A stretch of 64,000 nt of DNA from assembly GCA_009103225.1 (NCBI GenBank), contig RHPI01002368.1, positions 277,397-341,396 on the forward strand. Reading direction: 5' to 3'. Below the pieces are notes generated by a model that was not told where the DNA came from, did no database searches, and saw only the letters and a program-made list of their open reading frames with translations. Shown one piece after another: positions 22,809 through 35,326 of the stretch (its first letter is position 1; each line of letters begins with the position of its first letter). The stretch comes from Chlorokybus atmophyticus. Taxonomy: Eukaryota > Plantae > Mesostigma and Chlorokybus algae. A program made the position numbers and the translations under genes.

Positions 22809-25224
22809 GCCAGCGCACTGGTTGTGGACTGCCAGGTGGGCTGACGATGGGGGTGAGACTAGCCAGTGGGTTGTTGTAGTGGATGGCATCCACACCCTGT
22901 GTCTCCAAGTCAATAACCACCGGCCTTGAGCCAGCAGGTGTGCGTATGTGTGTTGGTCCAGCACGTGTAATGCCCTGCTGCATTGCTCACAGCTTCTGTT
23001 GCTTGGCAGCTTCTTTGGCTGCCTTGGCTTCCTGCTTTTGCAGATCCAGGTGTGCCTTCTTCGACTTGGCAACCTGCATGTTAAGGGCAGCGGCCTCCTT
23101 CTTCCTGGCAACCTCCACACGCTTATTAGCAGTCTATTGCTTTCGAACAGCAATGGCCTCCTTCTTCCGCTCCGCCTCCGCCTTCTTAGCGTTTAACATG
23201 TTGATGTAGCCTTGTGAGGTCAAAACCACAGGGCCTGGCAGGTGTAGTGCTTTCTTTGTCTTCCAGCCCGCGCCCTCGCCTTGTGGAAGTGCGATGTCAA
23301 TGTTGATGTTGCCAGCGGAGGTGTTGGCACCACTATTGATGTTGATGTTGATGTTGATATTGTTGTTGTTGCTGTTCCTGAGTGCATGGTTGTCCAAAGT
23401 GTTTGAATTGCTGATGTTGTTGATGGCTTGTTGCACACGTGGGGTTGGAGGGGCGGGCTGATTCTCCTTGTCATAGCTGGAGTCTTCGTTTTCGGTTGCA
23501 TCAGAGTCCTCGTTGTCCGAGTTGGCAGGCACTCCATCACCATCATGTGCAGGTCTACCGAACTCATCTGGACTTGAGCATGAGCCAGGTCGGGCGTGCG
23601 TTCTTCAGCTATTGGCTTTGGCATCTCGGGGACTTTGTTGTCCAGCGCGTGGACGTCCATTGGCCACACTCTTGATGTTGCCACAGGTATGTAAGCCAAT
23701 ATGCACACAAGTGCAGCACACGCACCACAAAAGAGAGCATAGTGGTCTACAATGTCACACTTTCAGCAACGCAGCAATGCAGCATGCACATAGGTTGCAT
23801 CACGACTGGTGTTAAGTTGTCAACTAACCTGTCTCGCGAAAGCCATTGACAATGTTGCGCGGAGTCATAGCCAGCAGGAAAGGTTCTGCGGTCAGCTTCA
23901 CAAATTGCATCTGGGTGATGGGGTTGTTCGGTTCCTCAACTCGCCACTCAAAGAATGCCTGGCGGTAATGCTCCTTTAAGGAGCGAAAGCAGCTCACATC
24001 AAGCACCTGCGCAGCACAGGTAGTCAGTGCATCCTGACTGGCAGTCTTTGCAAGCATTGCATGCGCTCACACTCTCACCTGCATCAGGTGCGTCATGTGA
24101 GGGGGGAATGTAAACATGTGGACTCCCCTTGACCTGGCAAGCTCAAGCAAACCAGGGTTCATTCGTGAAGAGTGTCCGTCAAGCAGCAACAGCACAGGAT
24201 TGTCCTCCGACACCCCTTCAGGTATGAACTGACTAACTCTTTGAAGCAATCCGCGAAGATGTCAATGGTCATATATGCATTCTTCTGCATTCGCATGGTA
24301 GCTCCATATGGTGCATGCTTGAGGTAATTGCATGTGTCGCGAGTGCCCTTTGGAATGTACATAGGTGGCATCCACTGCCCTGCTGCATTAACACACGCCA
24401 TGACAGACATATGCTCGCGGCTTCCGCATTAATTGTAGTAGGGGTTCTTGTACCCCTTCTTGCATATAACTTTAACAGTGCCTGCAGAGTCAAAGTCAGT
24501 ACCTACCACATCAGGAGCACAACCAAGCACGCACCTGAACTCACCCAAATTATCAAGCGTAAAGCCGGTTTCGTCAGCATCAAAGATCCTCAAGGGGTCT
24601 TCAATCCCCAACTCTTCCAAGGTCTTGACATACAGGTCAAAAAACGCAGTTACATTGTCTCTCGTGCAGGCTTGTCACATGCGCCTATCCAACCCCTCTG
24701 CCACACAAGATGCAAGCTGATGGCGACTTATAAAGAGCCACAGCCAGCGATACCCAAGGACTCCACGAGCTCCAAAACGCCGCAGCCTTCCTGCTGGGTC
24801 ACTCTCGAGCAGGTGCACCACCTACATGCCAACAGCAGATCAGTCTCACTATGGCACAGCTGCTGCACACATGTCCACAGCTGAGCACCATGCACACCCT
24901 TACCTTCTTAAACAATGCAGGCGTGGTAACTGCATAGTGGCAGTTGGACATCCAATGCACCCACTGCACCAGCTCCTCCTCCTCCTCGTCTGTCAATATG
25001 GGGGCTCTCCCTGGACCACGAGGAAGCTGCAACTTCTGTGGGTAAATCACATAGTCGTAGAGTGTTGAAAGCGGGAGTCCGTGCTTTGCAACTGCTATTC
25101 TTAAGCTCATGCCCGCCTTAACCTCGTCCACAGCAACACTCCGCGTCAGCAGCATCCCCTCGCCTTTGTAGTTCATGTACTGCATGCCTTTACGTCTGGC
25201 ACTGCCCACACAGCTACGCAGCAT
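22809..25224 (-). mobile_element. Fot1/pogo-like transposase (psq HTH, CENP-B HTH, DDE_1), intron-containing and decayed
   Basis: MSLRIAVAKHGLPLSTLYDY, ILTDEEEEELVQW, IFDADETG, SVMACVNAAG, LLLDGHSSR, FPPHMTHLMQ|VLDVSCFRSLK and NIVNGFRETG, followed by a K/A/E-rich tail. Stops and frameshifts are present. Confidence 0.92.
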
Positions 25225-26519
25225 CTACTTGCCTCGCACTCTATGACGCTTCAGAGGACACGGGGCAGAGGGGGTGTGGACCTCATGCACGCTGGCGCCT
25301 CTCTTTCCCCCCGCAGGAGTGCACTCCTGCGGACCACATCCATCAACACCACAACTCAACACAGGGGGCAGTGATGAAAGGGTGTACACACAGCACCACA
25401 CGCTGATTAACCACCAGCTCTGAGTCCCCTCACAACACCCCACAAGAGTGTAACCAGCACGAGACTTTAGTAGGCAGCATAGGTAGACTGTATGCATGCT
25501 AAACTAGCAGTTCAACACTTGGTTGCAACTCACCTCATGCTGTTTTGTGTCGTCGGTTGGTGAACTGGATTGCGTTGCACGTGTAGCCACCATTGCAGCC
25601 GCATGATGCGTGCCAACTCAGAGTCACACTGCACCACCCCCACCCCCAACACCCTACCAGCAGCTAGCACATATTCCCGCACCTCGCCCAAACCTCACAA
25701 GAACCACCGCCATACAAAAGCTTGCACACAATTGCAGTTGCATTTGGACAGCAGCTTAAGAATCCCTCCAAAAACCACACTTGCGCTTTGCCCGCCATAA
25801 CTTTCAAATGACAGTGCGTTTAAGCAAACCCTCTGAGAGTTGTTAACTAGGTTACAAGGGCAATGCATAGAGCCCACAAGCTCCTCATTCGTTGTAATTA
25901 AGTGTGCGCCTATCCTTGAAAGTTCAAAGTCAACCCAACAGTGCGGTTTAACCCACTGTCATTCAGTTAATCAAGCACCATGGCACCCATACTTGGCGGT
26001 TTGTATTCGAATTCAAGGAGCAGTTCTGATTGGGCAAGGGCAAGCGGATAAAACAACCCCCATAACATTTGACCGCCAATTGCGCCCCCTACAACAGTTT
26101 CAACAGGTCACTGCGAGAGGTCGTCCGAAGTTAGGGCAAAACACCCTAGTTGACACTATACACACGCATTTACCAAGTACCAACATTGGTAACATCTTCG
26201 CATTTGTTGGGCATTGGACGGAGAGAATGGTCATCAATGACTGCTGCAAACTTTATAACAGGCATGGGAGTCCGTGGTGGGTGTCCCAAAAGTCCCCATC
26301 AATTCGTGTAACCTTCTGTGACACGACCGCCACGTCACGTGAGCTGCACTCGTCATCAGCCCACAATCATCTCTTCTGATCCATTGTCGCGCGCTGCGGA
26401 TTACCGTCACTCTCGGCACCCGGGCAGCGCCACCTTTGCGGATAGGCGCCTTTTCCACGTGTGCATTTAAGCAATGCATTGACACTTACACTTTTGTCTC
26501 TGTTTTGCAAGGCGGCGAC

Positions 26520-29500
26520 ATGGCTGAGGAGGTTACTGACGGCCTGCCTGAGGACGTTGCTGTGCGTCACATAGGGTGAGTCAAGCTTGACATCTCACCT
26601 CTACTACATGGGAGCGGTGCAGGGTTGCTGCAGGCGAGCGGCGGCGGTGTCCAAGGGGAGGGGGCTGTCGTCAAGCTTAGCGGCAGTGGTAGCGAAGAGC
26701 AGTGGGGCGGCCGGGATGTCGTCATCAGCGACGGTGCCCGCGGTGAGGCCCGGGGCGCCTGCGGGAGAGGCCGGCTGGGTTGGGGAGATCCCCGGCCTCG
26801 TGGACACTGCCTGGGGCATGAAGGAGTTCTGTGCCAGGCCCAGGCACCCAAAGCTCTCCGGCGGTGACCTCAACGTGGAGGTCGCCGTTGTTGGTGCAGG
26901 CATAGCTGGACTCAGCGTCGCCTATGACCTTGCCAAGGCAGGCAAACGCGTCGCTGTCATTGAGGCCAGAACCATTGGTGAGCAAAGTTCGGCACCTGCC
27001 CAGAACCAAGCTCTCTTTGTTCACTCATCCAGTTAGCTCTTGGAGGTGTCAACGCAGTAGTCACGCATACATGTGTGCATGCACGACTACACTGCAATGC
27101 TCCCTGCATGCACGCATGCAGGCATTCAGGGAGGTGGTTTGCGCAAGCAGTAGCGTGGTTGCATGCATGCATACTCTGCCTGAGGACTGCATTGTTGCAG
27201 GTATCCATGCAAGAACGTATGGATGACAACTCTGCATACATGCGGGACAGCTTGCTTCACCTACCTGCATGCATGCGTGAAACAAGCTACTATGTATGCA
27301 TGCACTACAAGTGTGGTTGGCACACTTACATGCCGTCAGGCACCACCTTGCTTTACGCCTACCAGCTTGCCTGCCTGTTGCGTGTCTGTTGCCGTCATTG
27401 ACTGTCACACCTACTTCACTCACTTGTGTCCCCTCCATGCACTCAGGCAGTGGGCAGACCGGGCGCACCACAGCTCACTTGATGGGCTGGAACGACGACT
27501 ACTATCACATGATCAAGTCAGTGTCTGTTGCAGTACTGTTTCTGGTGTGTGTCTCTCTGGGCTGGTTGCTTGGCTAACGGACTTACTCCTCAGGAAGAAG
27601 TTTGGTGTTGAGAAGACGTCGCTTGTGGCCGCAGCTCACAAGGAGTTCGTTGACAAGATTGAGGAGGTATGGCAAGTTGTATTGCAGTTTGAGAGTGATT
27701 GCGTATGTGTCCCATGTGCATGTACACAGCCCTCTCACACTGTCACATGCGCACGCATGCACATATGACAGAATATGTGGGCGCAAATAGACAACTTCAT
27801 TCACTCAGTCTTAATACAACCTTCCAGGTTGTGACGACAGAAGATATCGATTGCGAGTTTGTGCGCTTGCCGGGTTACCTCATCCAAGACCAGGAGTCAG
27901 TAAGCATCCTGCAATATGCGTGTTTGCTATGCTACGATGCATGAGGCTCATGCTGTTGTTTGTGTGCAGCCTTCCAACTACAAGAAGATCGAGGAGGAGC
28001 TCATTGCGTGCCACGAAGTGGGCTGGAGAGAGGTGAGACAGCTGGTCACTGTGTTGCACCATGTTGTGTCACATGATCAACTTTCGTTGCTGCTAGGCTA
28101 GGACAGTCAATGTGGAGGAAGCTTCCGGGATAACTACTGACGCCAAGAGCGGAATATTGTTCCCAAACAGCGGCCAGTTCCACCCATTGAAGGCAAGGAA
28201 GAGCAAGACTTAGTGGACATGATTTGACACATGTGTATTGCTTGGTGGACACGCACGCGCGCACACGCATGTGCACATATGGGTACCAATATACACATGC
28301 ACGCACACACCCACGCACCCATATAATATGCACATGCACATACACATGCGTCCACATACACATCTAAGTACCGCACCCGCAGTACCTGGCCGGTCTTGCT
28401 GATGCCATTAAGAAGTACGGCGGGGAGATCTTTGAGCTCAGCCGCGTGACTGAATACCACGGCACAAAGGTGATAACTTTGTTATACTACAATACACCAC
28501 ACTCTTTGCCCCACTACTCATCTCTCCTTCACGTGTGCGCAGCTTTTGGTCAATGACGATGTGAAAGTGACAGCGGAGCATGTGGTGCTCGCAACAAACT
28601 CACCCATCAATTGCGACCTCGCCGTGCACGCGCGCCAGCCCGCGCAGCGCAGCTATGTTGTTGGGATCAAAGTGCCCAAAGACTCCATCGCGTGAGTGTT
28701 GTGGGTGTGGTGGTTCATGCATGTGGGCTTGTTGTGCCATTATAAAGAGTGCTGATGGTAGCTGTCACTTGTACTGGCTCCTGGCTGTACAGTGCCACCA
28801 CGAGTGTTGCCATTATTCCTGGCACTACCACGTGTGGGATAGTGCCAAGCAATGCTTGTATGACTGTTTACTCCCGTTTGGCGTACAAGCAGCCGTAAGG
28901 GCTGTAGCAATAATACCAACAACATCTGTACTACTAGATTTGCTATAGATTACTAGCGCTAATAGCATGCGCTGTATCTATCAGTTCTCACTAGTTTGTG
29001 TATTTGTGTCTCTCTCAGTAAGGCGCTGTGGTGGGACACTGCAGAGCCATACCACTACGTGAGGACATGTCCGCACTCGGAGACGCACGACGTTGTGCTG
29101 GTGGGCGGTGAGGACCACCCCGCGGGCGAGAAGTACAACGCCGCCAACTTCGATGCGCTGTACAAATACGCCAACGGGAAGTGGCCATCCACACGCGGCG
29201 CTGACGTCATTTACAAGTGGGAAGGCATGGTGAGGGACTTGTGCAATGCAAGCGTATGTGTGTGTTTGCGTGTGCGTGTGGTCGGGTGCGTGTGTTGAGG
29301 CTCACCATCAACGTCTTGTTGCAGGTGTATGAGCCTGTGGACATGCTGCACTTGATTGGAAGGGAGCCTGTTGATACCACCGGCAAAGTGTGGATCGCCA
29401 CCGGTGACTCAGGCGAAGGCATGACCATGGGCACCATTGCTGGTACGCTATACATTTTCTCCGCCAAGTCGTTCTTCCGCCACACTCACCCTACACACCA

Positions 29501-30255
29501 TACTGCAAACACTATCACTTGCGACAACTCATGACCAGTTGGTTGAGATGACTTTTGTTGTGTTTGTGTCTTGGAAATTGTACGCAAGGGCGTGTGACTT
29601 ACTCCCTCTTTGGCAGGGATGTTGTTGAGTGACTTGATCTTGGGCAAGCCCAACAAGTGGTCGGACGTCTACAACCCGCGTCGGTCTCCCGTGCACGCTC
29701 AGGCAAGCGCAATCGTGGAGCCCATCGTTGAGACCCTCAAGGGTTACGCCAAGGTTGTCCTCCCGCGCGCCACTGAGGGGATGGTCGACCTACAGCCTGA
29801 TGATGGACGCGTTGTCCAGCACAACGTGCATAAGGTGAGAGCGCGTTCTGGTGCGTGGTGTGTTTGGATGTGCACGCACACGCACACATACAATGTGTGT
29901 GTGTTCGTGCGTACGGGAGAGCAAGTGCATATGCGGGCAAGTTGGCAGCGTGTGTGTGTGTGCACGTGTGTGCCTGCGCGCATATGACTGTATTGTGCGC
30001 ATGTGTGTTTATGCGCGTGTGCATGTGCTTGTGTTGTCAAATTTATATTTCTTCTCTGTGCAGGTGGCGGTGTATAGAGATCCCCAGGGCCAGCTGCACC
30101 ACTTCACCGCTCTGTGCACCCATATGGGCTGCCTGGTGGAATGGAACCCCATCAGCAAGGAGTTCGACTGCCCATGCCACGGCAGCTCATTCGACAAGTA
30201 CGGCCGCGTCATCAATGGACCTGCTGTGCGTGACCTGAAGAAGTATGACTGGTAG
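26520..30255 (+). CDS. FAD-dependent oxidoreductase (DAO family) with C-terminal Rieske [2Fe-2S] domain, YhfW-like, multi-exon
   Basis: VAVVGAGIAG, VVLATNSPI, VLVGGEDH, WIATGDSGEGMTMGTIAG and CTHMGC...CPCHGS, ending KKYDW*. The start is uncertain (ATG 26520 or 26608). Confidence 0.92.
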
Positions 30256-31576
30256 ACAAGAGGCATGGATAGATGGACAACTTGTTTCTTGCTGTTGTTG
30301 TAGTGAGTGGTAATATTTGCGCGCATACTGCTTCGGTTTGACTGACATTTTGTGTATAGAAATGTGTGGCTCTGTCACTGTTTGTGTTGGCGTGTGAAGT
30401 GGTACGTGGTGGTTGTGGCATGCAAGTATTTTCGTTCTTGTTGTTTATGGGGACCTCTATTAAGTCAACCATGTGGGGTGTTCCTTTATCGTCAATCTAG
30501 TATGACTGAAACCCTCCGCTGGTGCATGTCCATACAAACAAGGTTGATGCGGTGTAGATCTTGCAATGAAGGGGCACAACACGCGTTTGCATGGCTGCAA
30601 AAATATGCACAATTCATAGCAAATGAGTAACGTCTCCAGATAGTGGTTGAGACCTTGATCATATTTTATGATGGATCTGCAGCCGCTGCTGCTGCAAACA
30701 CCTCGTTGACTGGGTTGCTATTCCAGCTGTGGTGAGATGATGTAGTGCTTGCCAAGCACTGCTTGGCTTTGTCTACTGCAAGTACACAGATGACGCGGAG
30801 AAGAATTGTCCATGCGTCGTGCGAGCCACGGCAATCATCACAGCGTCACGAATAGCTGGCAGCCAACACCAAAACACACTTGACCACCTAGCTGAATAGC
30901 TATATCACCTAGCTCACTATCAACACTTTCGCTGTGAACCTATCAGTCATCCAAGCATGCGTATGCGTGCGATTATCTGCCCACAGGAGATGCTATCAGT
31001 CCATGTTGTCAACCATGGCAACATCAACACAAGCGCAACTCCCTCTCCCATGTCTCGCACACTCCAGATATGCAGTTACTTGTGCCATGCATGCATGGCA
31101 CATAACTCCATATCTGCTGTCAGCAGCCATTGCAACAGTTGAGTCAACCACAGGCCAGTATGCTAAATCTATGGTCGCCACCTCTAACCAATGCGGAGCA
31201 GTAAATTTTCAGTTGAATGAGGAAGCTACCAACCTGCACACCCATGGAAGCAGAAACAGTGTTGCACAACTGCAGGTGTGGATAGTGTAAGGTGAACAAC
31301 TGTATCTTGCACATAGTCTTTCGCTACAGCACCGTCAGACGCGCTGCAGGCAGCCTTCACGCAAGCAGCGACATGCCCAGAGTGATGGACATGTATGATA
31401 GAGTGAACATTGACACCGACCACGCAACTGTGCGGTATGGCTGCACACCGGTTGCATGGAACACCGCTGCGTATACAGGAGAAAACACACAACACACATG
31501 TCAATGCTGCATAAGTTCAAGAGAGAACCAATAGTGGGAATGCTGTGCCGTTACACAATAAGATGGTTGCTCTTAC

Positions 31577-32693
31577 TTGACAGTGTGCGGGTAGCGGCAT
31601 AGAGGTACATCGGAAGGGTCGCAGCTTTAGAGCCCTGGATGAGAACTGTTAGCAGCCCGATGATGAAGTAGAAGGGTAGGCTCTCCAGCAAGTTCTGAAG
31701 CACACGAGTTGTGTCAGCATTTATGAGCCCCTGGTTTTAGTTGCAACAACCAGACAATGATGCACAACGTGTGCAACCACCTCAGTACTGTCAGATAGAG
31801 CTACAAACAGCCAGCACTGCATTGAGCAGTAAGATGAACTCCAATGACAGTATGAGAGGCGCACGCATGGATTGCATACTGCATAATAGCACAGGCACTG
31901 TGGTCGATACACAGTGGTAGAACTGCATGGAAAGCACGCACATCCATTTCGAGCGCAGTTGCAACATCACAGCAGTTTGCAAACAGACACGACCAGCGAT
32001 AACCTGAGCAAGAGGTTCAGTAGAAACATGTCAACAAGTATGTAAGCATACCAGCTGCAGGCGGACAGCGCGGGTGACTGCGGGGCTCTCCATCACCTTC
32101 GCCCCCTTCTTCAGCACGATGTCTTCGGTGTTAGCCATGGCGCCAAGAGAGGTTCTCAGCCGGCCGACATTGAAGGTGACCACAATCTGAAAAAGATATC
32201 GCACATCACTTGCGACGCAATGCGCATGAAACTGCCTATCCAAGCACACCAGCAAAGGGTTTTACATGCAGTCTTTGGCATGCATAACATGTGTCGCTGC
32301 TTCACAGCAGCTTGTTATGAGGGTGGGCATTGCAGAGTTACGCAGATGATGTGAGCTGAGTGCAGCAGAGTGTATGCCAGTGAGGGTGTTCATGAGGCGT
32401 TGATGCTTATCTGCTTACGTATAGCACGACAAGCCACACGGCGGTTTGGGCGTAGGCCTTGAAGCCCGGAGATGAAGTCAGCGCTGCTGATGTCAAGTCA
32501 GCTGGCCTCGTCTGCATGCAAGAACACAGTAAACAGCAGCACCAGGGGCAACCCTCCTCAGCTTGCAGGCTAGGCCTAAACTAAGCAGGCCAGGGCTGCA
32601 GCAGCAAGCACAAGAGCAGCAGCTTACCAGCGCCATAGCAGGGGTGGGAAGGACGGTCAGGGCGGCCGCAGCGACGAGGGTGAGGAGAGCCAT
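31577..32693 (-). CDS. MAPEG family membrane protein (microsomal GST1/PGES-like), first four exons
   Basis: The GT-AG spliced exons read ...KAYAQTAVWLVVLY|IVVTFNVGRLR...ANTED...VTRAVRLQL|NLLESLPFYFIIGLL...LYAATRTL. The terminal exon (below 31577) was not resolved. Confidence 0.8.
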
Positions 32694-33699
32694 GGTGTCG
32701 CTACGTACGGGCGCAGAACACTGAATGTCAGCCGGCTGCAATAGTAGCAGCGCTAAGCCTGATTAGGTTGGCCACCCAGCTAGCTTGCAGTTCACAACAC
32801 ACAGCAAGCAATGCGCAGCAGGGGGCAAGCATGCAAGCTGCAAAGCTAGCAGCAGCCAAGTGCTGTGAAGCAAGCTTTCAGACAGATGGGCCTAATCACT
32901 GCGCAGTAGCATTGCAGCAAGCTATGGCCACTTTGACGCAATCAACCAGGCTGCGCAGCTGCGTGCAGTGAGCCGAGACGAAGCCGGCTACGTCAGGCAG
33001 TATGGCCGGCAGACTCGACAGTAGCCAGGTGTTCATGCTCTACTGCTATCACTGTTGGTGTCAGCTGTATTGCATGTGCTGACCGGTGCATTGCGTCCAA
33101 GGGGGAATCAGAACTTGATTCTGAAGTACCTGTCGTCAGTCAATGCAGTGCATTTGCTGCGCATCATGCGACATGGCTAACAGTTCAAAACATGCGAGGA
33201 GGTGAACTGGTTGGGGCTAACATTGCAGCATGAAGCTACGTTGGAGGGTTTCCTAAGTTACCTGATAATCTTGGGCTCAGCCTGTGGCAAGCACGTTGAA
33301 CATGTTAACCGAATTGCACAACATAAAAACAAGTATTATTAGCAAGTAAATGGGTAGTATAAGATCGTTGCATTGCCGATGTTACAAGCATCATTTGTTG
33401 CAATGCAATATTCATATGTATGCATTGTGTGAACATCCGAGTTATGCACACATATTCTGATCAGTTGTTGATGCTTGGTCATGATGACGTGTAGTGTTAT
33501 CGTTGATTGTACAATAGAGTGTTACAATGCTGCAGCTCATATGAGACATGTAAAGCAATACTTGCACACGATGTCTACAACAAGATGTTGCCTTCCGCAG
33601 TAACACCTTTATGTAATGCACATGTGTCATAGAAGTGATTGAGGTTTCATGTTTATGTTTGAGAGAAAGTCATAATGTGTCAATGCATCATAGCGGTCG

Positions 33700-33741
<42 letters not shown>

Positions 33742-34727
33742 AATTGAGTTAAGGATAATTGTCATAATTAAACAATGTTTGACATTTTCTTTTATTTCGT
33801 TACAATTTGCATAATGATATCTTGCATATGACTCATGATTATACTCTTATAAGTATACCCGTACAAATACTGTTTACTGAACTTATAACATCAAAAGAAT
33901 ATGCACCATTTTTTACTTAGCGTATAAGCTTATAAACTTTGCAGTAATTAACGCTATAATGTTGATCATGGAAGCATTTGTCTATCGGTATGCAGCTCAA
34001 TTGCAATGTTTCATTTTTATAACATACATTTTCTCGACATATTAATGGTCTCATGTTAAGGGGAAAATCTAAGCCAATGTATCAATGCTAAATTATAATT
34101 GACGTGTATCTTTCATGTAATCTTAAACATCTCGTACAAAGCAGTATTGATACTAATCACATGCTTGACCATAAGTCACTTCAATATAATTTTACGTAAT
34201 TGGTCAATAGCCGATAGCGCTAGCGCATTACGTTTTTCACCATGTGTCGTCTACGCGTTGTATTCAATTAATATATACATTATTCATAAATCACATGTTG
34301 TCACAGTGATGACCCTCGGCACGCACTTCTCCCTGGCACCTCTTGTGCGCTCACATCACCATTAAGATCGGTCAAACTAGAATAGAGAGTGTCGGTTAGC
34401 GTGACAAGACCCATCGACACCGCTTTTGGGGTCAGCCAATGAGGAGGAAGAGTACTGGCGGCGGCGGACATTGATATCTTCTTTAAGCAAACCCTAGGGA
34501 ATTGGTCAGTAGTAAGTTGCAAGAAAGCGGACTAGCGCGGAAGCGGCGGCGTTCCATTTCAATAATTCCGAAAGCCACAATTAGATTAGGCGAACCGCGT
34601 GCATGCACGCTGCCTTGTGTAAGAGTTGAACTTGTTGTATACCATTTTCCATGCTGCCCTACCATGAGTGCTCTGTATGTCTCTTGTAATATTGTGTTAA
34701 CCTCTTGGCGTGGCCTCCGCCCTGTTG

Positions 34728-35326
34728 TGTCACAGCCCACTCGACCACAAAAGACTTGGTGGTTTTATGGTCGATTTATGGTACTTTAATGTACCTTCCC
34801 GTTACATTGCCCCCCACTTAAGAACGCTGACGTCCTCGGCAGCTGGCTCGCATCAGCTGGGGAATCATCCCAGGGGTCTGATTAGGGTAGGTCACCGGCC
34901 CCACCACCCAAGGACCGGTAAATATAGGCCCATACCGGTCAACGCGCGCATATGTGTATATAGCTATATATATGTATATATATATGTATATATATGTATA
35001 TACATGTATATAGCTATATTGCGCGCCGCTGCCGGCCCCACGGGTCGCGTCGCCGCGATAGGCAGGTCGCGCCCTGCCGCGCCGACTGAACTGGTCAGGT
35101 TGGCGCGATTGCCATTAGGCAAGTCGCGACCCATCGATGATGGCACTTATAGAGTGACCATTTACGATGTTATTGGATCGAGAAACAACGACTGCGAAAT
35201 TCGTGTGCAAGGCAGGAATCGAACCCGGGTCTCAAGCTCCGATACCAATGTCACAGCCCACTCGACCACAAAAGACTTGGTTCTTTTATGGTCGATTGTG
35301 GTAATTTAATGTACCTTCCCGTTACA
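34728..35326 (-). mobile_element. TRIM (miniature non-autonomous LTR retrotransposon)
   Basis: 79/78-bp TG...CA direct repeats (34728-34806, 35249-35326). The minus strand has the iMet PBS TGGTATCGGAGC (35236-35247) and the PPT AAGTGGGGGCAA (34807-34818). The TSD is TGTTG/CGTTG and there is no coding capacity. Confidence 0.93.
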
